Position numbers and translations under genes: made by a program. From the NCBI GenBank assembly GCA_963836205.1, contig CAWIIV010000024.1, positions 192,001-256,000 on the forward strand: a stretch of DNA of 64,000 nt, given 5' to 3'. Under the pieces are notes generated by a model. That model did no database searches. It saw only the letters and a list, made by a program, of their open reading frames with translations, and had not been told where the DNA came from. Positions 8,594 to 19,025 of this stretch are shown here, piece by piece; position 1 is the stretch's first letter, and each line of letters begins with the position of its first letter. The stretch is from an uncultured Acidimicrobiia bacterium. GTDB taxonomy: Bacteria > Actinomycetota > Acidimicrobiia > Acidimicrobiales > AC-14.

Positions 8594-10932
8594 GGCACCG
8601 GGTGGTCGCCGTCCTCGACCGGCGACGGCTCCAGGCCGGCCGGGAGGGGGAGCGACGACACCACCCGCAGCCGGCGGGTGGTGCGGGTGAGGGCCAGGTA
8701 GAGCGCCCGCCAGCCGTGGGGGTACTCGGCCACGATCGCGGCCGGCTCGACCACCACCACCGAGTCGAACTCCAGGCCCTTGGCCTGCTGTACCGGCAGT
8801 ACCGCCAGCGGCGCGTCGAGCATCTCCGGACCCTTCCCCGCAGACGCCAACACCGAACGGACGAGCCCGAGCATCGACGGCGACGTGAGGACTGCCACCT
8901 TCCCGTCGGGGACGGCCTCCCGCTCGATCCGGGCCGCCTCCCGGATGGCCGCCCCGAGAGAGTCAGCATCGAGGCCGCTGGCGTGCACCGCGGTGAACAC
9001 CGGGTGGACTCCCGCCTGGCGGACCGATCGGGACGGGGTGAGCTCGGGGGCGGCCACGGCCAGCACCCGGGCGGCCACGTCCATCACCTCCGAGGGCGTG
9101 CGGTAGTTGACGGTGAGCTCGGCCCGGCGCGCCGGGCGCCGATCGGACGACGGCAGGTGGGCCACCACCTCGTCCCACGAGCCCGGCGCCCACGAGCCGC
9201 TGGCCTGGCCCAGGTCGCCCACGATCGTGAGCGACCCGCTCGGCACCCGCCGGCCGACCATCCGCAGCTGCATCGGCGAAAGGTCCTGGGCCTCGTCGAT
9301 CAGGACGTGGCCGAACGTGCGGTTCCAGAGCTCGAGGCCCTCCTCTTCGCCATTCGTCTCCCGAGGGTCGATGGCCTCCAGATGGCGGAGGACGTCGCGG
9401 CGCATCTGGGCGTCGAGATCGCCCATCTCCGCCACCACCTTCTCCCGCTCCCAGCCCGCGGGCCCGTCGCCGTCGCGCGGGCCCACCCGTCGCTTCCGGG
9501 CGACGGTACCGAGGTGGACCACGGCCTCGTCGAGAAGGGGCAGGTCGGCCTCGGTCCAGGGCACGTCGGCCACCCGCTCCGACCGGGGCCGGTGGAGAAG
9601 GGCGACCTCGCCGTCGTCGAGCACACCCCGTCCCGCCAGGCGGATGAGGGCGGGCCAGCCGAACAGGTCGTGGAGGAGCTCCTCCGGGGTGAGCAACGGC
9701 CACATCCGCTCGAGGGCCGTCACCACCGTCCGGTCGGCCCGCAGGGTCCGGCCGATGGCATCCCGTCCCTCCTGGCCGGTGTCGTCGTCCTCCAGCTGGA
9801 GCTGGCCCATGAGGTGGCGCACGACCGACCGCTCCACCTGCGACCGCCGCTCGTTGTGGGTGCCCCGCCGGCGCTTGACCCCTTCCACGATGCGACGGGA
9901 GTCGCGCACCGGCAGCCGCACCCGCTGGCCGTTCCACAGCAGGCTGACGGCCTCGCGCAGGCCTCGCTCCCGGTCGCCGACGGCCTGGGCCATCACCCGG
10001 GCCATGCGGGCGTCACCCTTGAGCCGGGCCGCCTCGGGGGTGTCGACCCCCCGGACGGGCGTGGGCACCAGGTCGGCGGGCGTGGCCAGGTTGACCGTGT
10101 GCTCGCCCAGGGCGGGCAGGACCTGCTCGATGTAGCGCAGGAAGATGCGGCTGGGCCCGATGAGCAGGACCCCCGCCCGCTCCAGGGGGAAGCGGAACGT
10201 GTAGAGCAGGTAGGCGGCCCGGTGGAGGGCGACCGCGGTCTTGCCCGTCCCCGGGCCGCCCTGCACGACCACGATCCCGGGCAGCGGCGACCGGACGATC
10301 TCGTCCTGCTCCCGCTGGATGGTGGCCACGATGTCGGCCATCCGCCCCGAGCGCGACCGTTCGAGGGCGGCCAGCAGCGCCCCCTCGCCCACCAGGACCA
10401 GGTCGTCGCCGGTGGGCTCGGCCGTGAGCAGCTCGTCGTCGAGGCCGGTGAGGGTGCGGCCCCGGAGGATGAAGTGGCGGCGGCGGACGAGACCCATGGG
10501 CGCCCCCGGCGTGGCCCGGTAGAAGGGCTCCGCCGCCGGTGCCCGCCAGTCGACCACGAGGGGCTCGTTGTCCTCGTCGGAGATGGCCAGCCGGCCGATG
10601 TAGCGCCGGTCGCCGTCGGACGCGTCGGTCCGCCCGAACACCAGCCCGGCCTCGCCCACCTGGAGCGTCGCCAGCCGCCGTTCGGTCAGCTGGACCCGGA
10701 CGTCACGTTCGAGGCGGGCCTGGTGGGTGCCGCCGGGGGTGGTCTCGAGGACGTCGGCGGACACGGCGCGGGCCGCGTCCCGCATGGCTTCCAGGCGGGA
10801 GTAGGCGCGGTCGACGACTGCCTGTTCGGCCTGAATCTCGGGAGTGGACGTGGTCGTGGTTCCTTTGCGGGCTGCGAGAGGGAGCCATCGAGTGTCACCA
10901 CTCCCGGGGCCGGGAGCAAACTGGAGGCCCAT
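8590..10932 (-). CDS. helD: HelD-family RNA polymerase recycling ATPase/helicase
   Basis: VDWRAP, DIVATIQREQD, GGPGTGKT, LHRAAYLLY, DEAQD and KGLEFD motifs; start uncertain. Confidence 0.8.
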   Translation of the reverse strand: MGLQFAPGPGSGDTRWLPLAARKGTTTTSTPEIQAEQAVVDRAYSRLEAMRDAARAVSADVLETTPGGTHQARLERDVRVQLTERRLATLQVGEAGLVFGRTDASDGDRRYIGRLAISDEDNEPLVVDWRAPAAEPFYRATPGAPMGLVRRRHFILRGRTLTGLDDELLTAEPTGDDLVLVGEGALLAALERSRSGRMADIVATIQREQDEIVRSPLPGIVVVQGGPGTGKTAVALHRAAYLLYTFRFPLERAGVLLIGPSRIFLRYIEQVLPALGEHTVNLATPADLVPTPVRGVDTPEAARLKGDARMARVMAQAVGDRERGLREAVSLLWNGQRVRLPVRDSRRIVEGVKRRRGTHNERRSQVERSVVRHLMGQLQLEDDDTGQEGRDAIGRTLRADRTVVTALERMWPLLTPEELLHDLFGWPALIRLAGRGVLDDGEVALLHRPRSERVADVPWTEADLPLLDEAVVHLGTVARKRRVGPRDGDGPAGWEREKVVAEMGDLDAQMRRDVLRHLEAIDPRETNGEEEGLELWNRTFGHVLIDEAQDLSPMQLRMVGRRVPSGSLTIVGDLGQASGSWAPGSWDEVVAHLPSSDRRPARRAELTVNYRTPSEVMDVAARVLAVAAPELTPSRSVRQAGVHPVFTAVHASGLDADSLGAAIREAARIEREAVPDGKVAVLTSPSMLGLVRSVLASAGKGPEMLDAPLAVLPVQQAKGLEFDSVVVVEPAAIVAEYPHGWRALYLALTRTTRRLRVVSSLPLPAGLEPSPVEDGDHPVP

Positions 10933-11018
10933 CCGGACTGCGGTCGGACCCGGCGATCAGGTCGATCGACCTACCCGGGGCGCTCCACCGGCGCCGGTTT
11001 TCTGCCGATAGGATCGAC

Positions 11019-11504
11019 ATGGTGCACCTCTCCCCCAGCAGCCTGCTTGAGCGGGCGCGCACGCCGGGCGGGCGCAAGCTCGTCCGCTACAGCCTGGTCT
11101 CGGTGGTCTCGGTCGTCGTGTCGCAGGTCATACTGTTCGTGGCCCAGTTCCAGTGGTCGGCCCGGTCGTCGAACATCATCGCGGTGTGCCTGTCGGCGGT
11201 GCCGTCGTACCAGCTCAACCGGGCGTGGGCCTGGGGCAAGACCGGCCGCTCCCACCTGATGAAGGAGATCGTCCCCTTCTGGGGGATGGCCCTGCTGGGG
11301 CTCATCCTGTCCACCTGGTCGGCCGACTTCGCCGAGAGCCACGCGGCCTCGATCACCTCGTCGGCGCTGGGCCAGAAGCTGGTCGTCAACTTCGCCGCCC
11401 TGGCCGCCTTCGGCGTGCTCTGGATCGGCAAGTTCGTCATCCTCAACCGGGTGCTGTTCGCCCACCCCGGTCACCCGGCCCCGCCGCCCGAACCCGTCAC
11501 CTGA
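11019..11504 (+). CDS. GtrA family membrane protein
   Basis: About 4 TM segments, PSYQLNRAWAW motif, TAGGAT just upstream. Confidence 0.8.
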   Translation: MVHLSPSSLLERARTPGGRKLVRYSLVSVVSVVVSQVILFVAQFQWSARSSNIIAVCLSAVPSYQLNRAWAWGKTGRSHLMKEIVPFWGMALLGLILSTWSADFAESHAASITSSALGQKLVVNFAALAAFGVLWIGKFVILNRVLFAHPGHPAPPPEPVT

Positions 11505-11535
11505 GCTGACCCCGGCTCCGCTGACTCCCCGGCTG

Positions 11536-11964
11536 GTGGTGGCCCTTCTCGTGCTGGCCCTGGCTGCGGCGTGCAACGGGTCGGGATCGGACGGCTCGTC
11601 CTCGTCCACCGACACCACCGGGGCGACGATCGTGGTCGCCGGCGACGCCGTGCCCGTCGCCCAGATGACCGACGCCCTGGCCAACCTGTGCCTTGCGCGC
11701 GACGACGCTGCCGACCGGCAGCAGGCGGCGGAGGCCCGTTTCTTCGACCGGTCGCACGCCACGCTGCACGTCGTCGCCGCCGCCCTGGAGGACGTCGACC
11801 GGCCCCTGGCCGGCCGCCTGTTGGAGGCCAAGCAGAAGGTGGAGGCCGACTTCTCCGGCCTGGCCAGCGGGGCGCGGGTGCGCGACGACCTGGGCGCGCT
11901 GGTGGCGGTCACCGGCGACGGCCTCGACCGACTTGCGGTTCCCCGGCCGCCCTGCGCCAAATGA
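11536..11964 (+). CDS. Putative lipoprotein
   Basis: Lipobox LAAAC. Confidence 0.6.
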   Translation: MVALLVLALAAACNGSGSDGSSSSTDTTGATIVVAGDAVPVAQMTDALANLCLARDDAADRQQAAEARFFDRSHATLHVVAAALEDVDRPLAGRLLEAKQKVEADFSGLASGARVRDDLGALVAVTGDGLDRLAVPRPPCAK

Positions 11965-12983
11965 GCCTCATGCAGTCGTTCCGGCGCCCGGTCGCGGCGT
12001 GCGTGTTGGGCCTGTTCCTGGTCCTGGCCGCGTGCTCGTCCGACAACGGCTCGTCCGACAACGGCTCGTCCGTCACCACTCAGACCGAACCCCCGCCCGA
12101 CGCCGACGACCTGGTCGTGCAGGTGGCCAGCTACGACCTGGCCGTCGGGCCACCGGCGCGGGTCATCGTCGGCGTCCAGGCGGGCGACATGCGGGTCGTG
12201 GCCTTCGGGTCGGTCGCCGTCCGCTTCAGCTACCTGGGCACGCGGGAGGCGCCCATAGAGTCGCCCGTGCCGGGCCCGCCGGTCACGGCCACCTACCTGC
12301 CCATTCCCGGCACTGCGGACGCTCCCGTCGGCGTGACCGCGCCCCAACTGGTGAGCGGGGCCCAGGCTCGGGGTGTTTACGCGACATCGGTCGGGTTCGA
12401 CAAGGCCGGGTTCTGGCGGGCGGAGGTCACCGTCACCCTCGACGGCGAGGATCGGCGGGGCACGGGTGCGTTCGCCGTCGTCCCCGAGCACGTCGTCCCC
12501 GCCCCCGGCGGGCCTGCCCCCCGGACCCAGAACCTCACCATGGACTCGCCCGCCGACATCCCCCGGGGCGCCATCGACTCCCGGGCGGGGAGCGACGGCT
12601 CCCAACCCATCACCGACCCCGAGCTCCACGCGACGACGGTGGCCGCCGCCCTCGACGCGGGCCGGCCGGTGGTGCTCGCGATCGCCACACCGGTGTACTG
12701 CACCAGTCGCTTCTGCGGACCGATCACCGACATGGTGCAGGAGCTGTCCCACGTCTACGGCGACCGGGCCACGTTCGTCCACATCGAGGTGTGGCGGGAC
12801 TTCCAGAACACGGTGATGAACCAGTCCGCGGCCGAGTGGATCTACCAGAGCCGCACGGGCGACATCACCGAGCCCTGGGTCTTCGTCGTCGACTCGAACG
12901 GGACGGTGACCGCCCGCTTCGACAACGTCGCGACCCGGGCCGAGCTCGAGCCTCTCCTCCAGGCTCTGCCCGTCCTGCCGTAG
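11961..12983 (+). CDS. Lipoprotein with C-terminal thioredoxin-like domain
   Basis: Lipobox LAAC; TPVYCTSRFCGP...FVHIEVW...EPWVFVVD. Confidence 0.7.
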   Translation: MSLMQSFRRPVAACVLGLFLVLAACSSDNGSSDNGSSVTTQTEPPPDADDLVVQVASYDLAVGPPARVIVGVQAGDMRVVAFGSVAVRFSYLGTREAPIESPVPGPPVTATYLPIPGTADAPVGVTAPQLVSGAQARGVYATSVGFDKAGFWRAEVTVTLDGEDRRGTGAFAVVPEHVVPAPGGPAPRTQNLTMDSPADIPRGAIDSRAGSDGSQPITDPELHATTVAAALDAGRPVVLAIATPVYCTSRFCGPITDMVQELSHVYGDRATFVHIEVWRDFQNTVMNQSAAEWIYQSRTGDITEPWVFVVDSNGTVTARFDNVATRAELEPLLQALPVLP

Positions 12984-13008
12984 GTCCGGCCGAGGCCGGT
13001 TGGCGGGC

Positions 13009-13060
13009 CGAACCGGTGACACTTTCGGGTCCTCTGACACCCGAAAACGTCACCGGTTGG
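13009..13060. repeat. Solo 52-bp REP-like palindrome (same family as units at 55973, 56978 and 57040)
   Basis: CGAACCGGTGAC...CCGAAAACGTCACCGGTTG between convergent genes. Confidence 0.8.
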
Positions 13061-13078
13061 CGGGCTGGGGTGGGGCGG

Positions 13079-14305
13079 TCAGACCCCCCCGATCGGGGCC
13101 GGCGGGGGACTGGTGCGGCGGAGGTAGTTTGGGCGGTCGGTGTCGTCGGGGGGGTCGGGGAGGCGGCCGGCGAGGCGGGCCGCGGCCCAGACGCCGAGCA
13201 GGTTGCCCGGGGGGAGGGCGCGGACGACGGCCTCCAGGTCGGCCCGGCCGCCCTCCGGGTCACCGGCGCCCAGGCGGGCCAGGCCCCGCCCGTAGCGGAC
13301 CCGGGCGTCGTCGACCACCGGCGCGTGCACCTGGTCGAAGGCGGCCAGGGCGTGGGTCGGGCGCTCCATCGAGGCCAGGGCCAGGCCCTGGTTGGCCCAC
13401 AGCCGCTGCACCACCTCGACGTCGCCGGGTCCCGCGGCCTTCACCCCCGCCTCAGTGGCCATGGCCGCCGACGACCACCGGGACTCCATGATCGCCAGCC
13501 GGGCCCGGGCCAGGTGGATGCGGGCGGTGGGGGCTGCGTCAGGGGCAGCGGCCTCGTCGAGCGTCGACCGGGCCAGGCCCAGGTCGCCCCGGCGGCCGTA
13601 CAGGGCGGCCAGTTCGAGCCACGCCTGCTCGTCGGCGGGCGACTCCCGGACCGTCCGCCGCAGGTCCGCCACTCGTTCGCCCTCGCCCGACGCCACCGCG
13701 AACAGGGCGTGGCGAACCGTCCCCCGCCACCACCGCCACAGCCCGGCGAGGAGCGCGGCGTGGCCGACGGCGGTGGCCCAGGCCAGGGTGGGCGCGGCCG
13801 CGAAGTCGTAGATGACGACCCAGTCGCCCCAGTTCGACGACAGCGACAGCAGCGGGTACCCGACCAGGGCGTAGCCGACCTGGAGCGTCCCCCCCAGGAT
13901 CAGCACGTACCGGACGCCGGGACGCATTCGCCCGCGGGCCAGCCCGATGGCGGCCAGGCCCATTCCGACGGCGGCACCGAGCACGTTGCCGGCCAAGGCC
14001 ACGAACCAGGCCTGGCCGGCGGTGATCTCGCCGACGTAGCCGACCGAGCCCTCGAAGAACCCGTAGTGGAAGCTGGTGACCCGGGCCCCCACCGCCATCA
14101 CCGCCCCCACGTGTCCCAGCTCGTGGATCAACACCACCACCGGGGGGACGAGGAACACCCCTGCCCGGGTGGCTAGCCGCTTGTCCTCGGCGGTGAAGTC
14201 TCGGTCGAAGAAGGTATGCCGCGAGCGGACCAGGGCGACCAAGGTGGCCAGCGCGGCCAGTCCCATGAGGACGTCGACCGCGGTCGACTGGGGGTCGAAG
14301 GGCAC
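13079..14305 (-). CDS. Membrane metallopeptidase (M50-like) with C-terminal TPR repeats
   Basis: IHELGH zinc motif, ALAGN, helical TPR-like tail. Confidence 0.65.
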   Translation of the reverse strand: MPFDPQSTAVDVLMGLAALATLVALVRSRHTFFDRDFTAEDKRLATRAGVFLVPPVVVLIHELGHVGAVMAVGARVTSFHYGFFEGSVGYVGEITAGQAWFVALAGNVLGAAVGMGLAAIGLARGRMRPGVRYVLILGGTLQVGYALVGYPLLSLSSNWGDWVVIYDFAAAPTLAWATAVGHAALLAGLWRWWRGTVRHALFAVASGEGERVADLRRTVRESPADEQAWLELAALYGRRGDLGLARSTLDEAAAPDAAPTARIHLARARLAIMESRWSSAAMATEAGVKAAGPGDVEVVQRLWANQGLALASMERPTHALAAFDQVHAPVVDDARVRYGRGLARLGAGDPEGGRADLEAVVRALPPGNLLGVWAAARLAGRLPDPPDDTDRPNYLRRTSPPPAPIGGV

Positions 14306-14372
14306 CTTCCGAGCCTAGGAGCGTCCGGGTACAGTCGACCGGCAGGGGAGCACTGAGGGGGCTGGTCCGGAC

Positions 14373-15797
14373 ATGGCGCGCTACGACCTGGTGATCATCG
14401 GCATGGGCTCGGGCGGGATGATCGGAGCCGAGTTCGCGGCCACCATCGGCCTGCGGGTGGCCGTGGTCGAACGGGACCGGGTCGGCGGCGACTGCCTCTG
14501 GACCGGGTGCGTGCCGAGCAAGGCCCTGCTGGCGTCGGCCAAGGCCGCCCACATCATGCGGGTGGCCGACACCTACGGCCTGCCGTCGGTGGTTCCCGAG
14601 ATCGACACGTCACTGGTGTGGAAGCGCATCCGGGCCATCCAGCAGGAGATCGCGTCCACCGACGACGACCCCGAGCGCTTCGCGGTCGACGGGGTGGAGA
14701 TCGTGCGGGGCGTGGCCCGCATCGTGGGGCCCAACACCGTTCAGGTCATGGGCGAGGGCGCCGCCGGCCAGGACCGCGACCTCGAGGCCCGCTTCATCCT
14801 GGTCTGCACCGGCAGCCGGCCGGTGGTCCCTCCCATCGAGGGCCTCAAGGAGGCCGGCTTCCTCACCAGCGAGACGCTCTGGGACCTGGAGCGGGCGCCC
14901 GCCACCATCGTCATGATCGGCGCCGGACCGATCGCCACCGAGATGTCGCAGGCCTTCACCCGGCTGGGCATCGGCACGACCGTCCTCCAGAAGGGTCCCC
15001 GGATCCTGCCCCGGGACGAGCCCGACCTGGTCGACATCCTGGTGGCCAAGCTGCGGTCGGAGGGTGTCGACCTGCACTTCGACGTGGAGATCGAGCGGGT
15101 GGCGGTGTCCGGCAACCGCAAGATCGTCTTCGGCAGCGAGAACGGCGTGCCCGCCCGGTGGGAGGGCGAGGAGCTGCTGGTGGCCACCGGCCGCCGCCCC
15201 AACGTGGAGGGGCTGGGGCTGGAGGAGGTGGGGGTGAAGGTCGGGCGCACGGGCATCGAGGTCGACGAGCGCATGCGCACGGCGGTGCCGTCGATCTACG
15301 CCGCCGGCGACGTGGCCGGCCGCTTCCTCTTCACCCACTCCGCCGGCTACGAGGCGGTGCGGGCGGTGCGCGACGCCTTTTACCCGGGCAAGGGCAAGGT
15401 CACCGACTTCGTGCCGTGGTGCACGTTCACCGACCCCGAGCTGGCCCACGCCGGACTCACCGTGGCCGAGGCGGAGCAGAAGTACGGCGACGACGTCGAG
15501 GTCTACCGCCTCGACCTCTCCCACTCCGACCGGGCCCGGGCCGACAACGCCACCGAGGGCGCCATCGTGGTGGTGACGGCCAAGGGCAAGGTGGTCGGCG
15601 CCCACATCCTGGCCCCGTCGGCCGGGGAGATGATCCACGAGCTGGCCCTGGCCATCAACGAGGGGCTGAAGCTGGCCGAGGTGGCCAGCCTCATCCACGT
15701 CTACCCGACGCTGTCGACCCACATCGGCCAGTTGGCCGGCGAGGCCGCATTCGAGGGAGCCAGGAAGCTGCGCTGGCTGGTCCGCAAGGAGAAGTAG
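14373..15797 (+). CDS. FAD-dependent pyridine nucleotide-disulfide oxidoreductase (Lpd/MerA-like)
   Basis: GMGSGG, GGDCLWTGCVPSK, YAAGDV, FTDPELA and HVYPT motifs. Confidence 0.9.
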   Translation: MARYDLVIIGMGSGGMIGAEFAATIGLRVAVVERDRVGGDCLWTGCVPSKALLASAKAAHIMRVADTYGLPSVVPEIDTSLVWKRIRAIQQEIASTDDDPERFAVDGVEIVRGVARIVGPNTVQVMGEGAAGQDRDLEARFILVCTGSRPVVPPIEGLKEAGFLTSETLWDLERAPATIVMIGAGPIATEMSQAFTRLGIGTTVLQKGPRILPRDEPDLVDILVAKLRSEGVDLHFDVEIERVAVSGNRKIVFGSENGVPARWEGEELLVATGRRPNVEGLGLEEVGVKVGRTGIEVDERMRTAVPSIYAAGDVAGRFLFTHSAGYEAVRAVRDAFYPGKGKVTDFVPWCTFTDPELAHAGLTVAEAEQKYGDDVEVYRLDLSHSDRARADNATEGAIVVVTAKGKVVGAHILAPSAGEMIHELALAINEGLKLAEVASLIHVYPTLSTHIGQLAGEAAFEGARKLRWLVRKEK

Positions 15798-15953
15798 GCG
15801 GCGCCGGCGCCGGGGCCGGGCGACGTCAGCGGAATGGCACGACGCTTTCCGTGATCCGAATGTTCCGTGCGGCGGAATGGACGTGATCGGAGCCGAAACG
15901 GGCTATTTCACGACGTTTGGAGTGATCTGAACGCTTCGTGCGCTGACCCTGGA

Positions 15954-17580
15954 TCAATCGTCGTCGCCCCGCCCGTTCCCCTTGTCCTTGTCCTTGTCGG
16001 GCTTGCCCTTGAGGTCGTCGCCGGTGGGGACGAAGACCTCGGGCGACCCGCCGGTGGGGGCCGGGGGGGCGGCGGTGACGGCGGGGGCGGACCCGGCGAT
16101 GGCGACCCCGGGGACCTTCTGGAGGAGTTGGATGGCGGCGACGGTGGCGCCGTCGGTGAGCTGGCCCGCCTGGCGCCAGAGGGCCACGTCGACGATGAGA
16201 TTGGTGGCCGACGAGGCCCCGTTCAGCTCGCCCCGCTCCACCTGGTCGGCGACCGCGCGCAGGCGGGTGGCCAGGTCGGGGGCGGCCGCGCCGTCGCCGG
16301 GGCCGAAGCGGGCGGCGCCGGCCCGCAGCTCGGCGGCCAGGGCGGCGGCGGGCGACGGGGCGGTGGCGGTGGGCGCCACCGTGGTCGAGGTCGACGCCAC
16401 CGTGGTGGAGGTCGACGCCGACCGGACCCGTTCGGCCGCCACGTCGTCGATCGACTGCCGGGGGACGATCTGAGCCAGCAGGATCACGACGGCGACCGCG
16501 GCCAGCGCCACCAGGGCGACGCGGAGCCGGAGTGAGGGCGGCCGGCGGCCGGCGAGTGGGGGACCGGGATCGGGCGGCGGCGGCGGGGCAGTAGAAGGCA
16601 GGGCCGGGGCCGGCGAGTCGAGAGGGATCGGCGACCGGCGGGACGCCGAGTACCGCGGGGGCGGTCGCCGCCATCTCGTCCACGTCGAGGACCTGGGTGG
16701 CGTCGGGCGCCGCCATCACACCGGTGGCCGCGGGGACCACCGTCGGAACCGCCGGCGGGACGAGGGCCGCGCCCATGGCCGCGGCCGAGGGGAAGCGGGC
16801 GCCGGGGTCGGGATCCATGGACCGTTCGACGGTCCGGACCAGGGCGTCGTCGAGGTCGGGGCGGAGGGTGGCGAGGGGGACGTACACGCCGTTGGCCACC
16901 GCCCGGGCGACGACCATGGCGTTGTCGCCCTCGAACGGCTTGCGCCCGGTGAGGGCCTCGTAGAGCACGACGCCGAGGGCGTAGAGGTCGGACAGGGGCG
17001 ACGCGGGGTCGCCGCCGAGTTGCTCGGGGGCCAGGTAGGCGGGGGTGCCGATGAGCTGGCCGGTGCCGGTGAGGTCGCCGCCTGCGGCCGACAGGTCGAG
17101 GCTCTTGGCGATGCCGAAGTCGGCGATCTTGGCCGACCCCTCGCCGGTGAGCAGGATGTTCCCCGGCTTGACGTCGCGGTGGACCATGCCCACCCGGTGG
17201 GCCGCGTCGAGGGCGCCCAGCACCTGGCGGCCGAAGGCGCGGGCCTCGGCCGGGCTCAGCACGGGGCCGGTGGCGATTCGGTCGGCCAGGGTGTCGCCGG
17301 GCAGGCGCTCCATGACGATGTAGGGCACGCCCTCGTGCTCGCCGGTGTCGTAGACGGCCACCGCGTGGGGCTGGGTGATGGCGGCCGCGGCCCGGGCCTC
17401 GGCCTCGAAGCGGACCCGGACGTCGTCGCGGGCGGCCATCGCCTCCTGGAGGAGCTTGATGGCGACCGGCCGCGAGAGGCGGAGGTCGACGCCGGCGTAC
17501 ACCTCGGCCATACCGCCCCGCCCCAGCAGCTCGCCGACCTCGTAGCGGCCGGCGATCAGAGTCGGCGTGGTGCTTCTCAC
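15954..17580 (-). CDS. Hanks-type Ser/Thr kinase with TM and extracellular tail (apparent frameshift near 16600)
   Basis: GRGGMA, HRDVKPGN, DFG, GTPAYLAPE; TM and C-terminus continue in ORF 15954..16511. Confidence 0.85.
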
Positions 17581-17610
17581 CGTGAGGGGCCTACCCGCCG
17601 CCCGGCGCCC

Positions 17611-17964
17611 CTACTCGTCGCCAAGAAGCTCCAGCACCCGGTCGGCGGGCCGGGCCACCACTGCCCGGTCGCCCCGGATGACGATCGGCCGCTCGATCAG
17701 GACGGGATTGGCAACCATGGCGTCGAGCAACTGGTCGCGGTCGGCGCCGGCCAGGCCCAGCTCCCGGTAGACGGATTCCTTGGTGCGGACGATGTCCCGC
17801 GGGTCGTCGGTGCCGAGCAGCGTCATGACCCGCTCGATCTCGGCCCGGGAGGGCTTCTCGGTCAGGTACTCGAACAGCTCGGCGTCGACGCCCTGCTCGG
17901 CCAGGATGCCCTGCGTCGTCCGGCACGTGCTGCACGCGGGGTTGAACCACACCGACACGTCCAT
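17611..17964 (-). CDS. ArsC/Spx/MgsR family protein
   Basis: FNPACSTCR...NPVLIERPIV. Confidence 0.85.
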   Translation of the reverse strand: MDVSVWFNPACSTCRTTQGILAEQGVDAELFEYLTEKPSRAEIERVMTLLGTDDPRDIVRTKESVYRELGLAGADRDQLLDAMVANPVLIERPIVIRGDRAVVARPADRVLELLGDE

Positions 17965-17983
17965 GGGATGCGATCCTACGGCC

Positions 17984-19019
17984 ATGACTGCTACCCGTCG
18001 TGCGCTGGTCACCGGGGCGACCGGCTACATCGCGTCCCACCTGATCCCGGCCCTGGTCGACTCCGGCTGGGACGTACTGGCCACCGGCCGGCGCCGGGAG
18101 CCACCGTCCCACCTGGCGGGCGTCGACTACGCCTCCGTCAACCTGGTCAAGGACGACCCCTGGGTCTTCTCCGGGCTGATGGAGCGGATCTCCCACGTCT
18201 TCCACCTGGCGGGGGCGTCGAGCTCGCTGTCGGACCAGAAGGAGATGGAGCAGGTCAATGTCGACGGCACCCGGCGGCTGTCTGCAGGCGGCCAAGCCGT
18301 GGCCCGTCGAGCGCTTCGTGCACATGAGCTCGACGTCGGTGTACGGGGAGGAGGTCGAGCTCCCGTCGCCGGTGCCGGAGGACGTCGAGCGTCACCCGAG
18401 CCGGGGGTACGGCAAGGCCAAGGACGGGGCCGAGCGGGTGGTGGAGGAGTTCGCCGCCGGGGGCATGCCGACGGTGGTGCTGCGGCCGGTCACCGTCTAC
18501 GGCCCGGGCAACGTGAAGCTGCTGGCCAGCGCCATCCTCGACGTCGCCATCGAGCGCTTCGCCGGCCTCGACCGGATCGCGGTGCCGGCCACGCCCATCG
18601 AGCAACGGCTGGTCCATGTCGACGACGTGGTGGCGGCCACCATCCACCTGGCCACCGCCGACGGGGCAGAGGGGCGGGCGTTCAACGTCGTCCTGCCCGA
18701 GTACCCGTCGAGCCACGACGTGGCGGGCATGGTGGCCGACGCCTTCGGCCTGCCGGTGGAGCTGGTCGACGTCCCCGACGCGGGCCTGTCCTACGACGCC
18801 CGGGCCGAGGCCCACGGGCGGATGGTGGAGGCGGGGATGGAGCCTCGAATCCTCCTGTCGAAGGAGCGGTTCCGGTTCCTGGGCAAGGCCAACCGCAACA
18901 ACCGGCTGTCGGTCGACGCCTTGCTGGGCACGGGCTTCGAGTTCACCCAGACCGATGTGCCCGCGAGCGTCGGCCGGACGGTCGACTGGTATCGCGAGCA
19001 CCGGTGGGTGCTCGGGTAG
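17984..19019 (+). CDS. NAD-dependent epimerase/dehydratase (apparent frameshift near 18285)
   Basis: LVTGATGYIA; SSTSVYG, YGKAK and LRPVTVYGP in the second frame. Confidence 0.85.
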
Positions 19020-19025
19020 CGGCGG

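Noticed and set aside
5412-8969. 1185-aa ORF and other long Arg/Pro/Gly-rich ORFs (for example 30357..33590 and 8602..11259)
   Set aside because: Shadow or antisense frames of real genes, expected at very high GC.
10860-10990. Rifamycin-associated element upstream of the helD-like gene (HelR)
   Set aside because: Only short GC-rich inverted repeats are present and no RAE-type palindrome was recognised.
14373-15797. Mercuric reductase merA
   Set aside because: No C-terminal Cys-Cys pair and no mer operon context.
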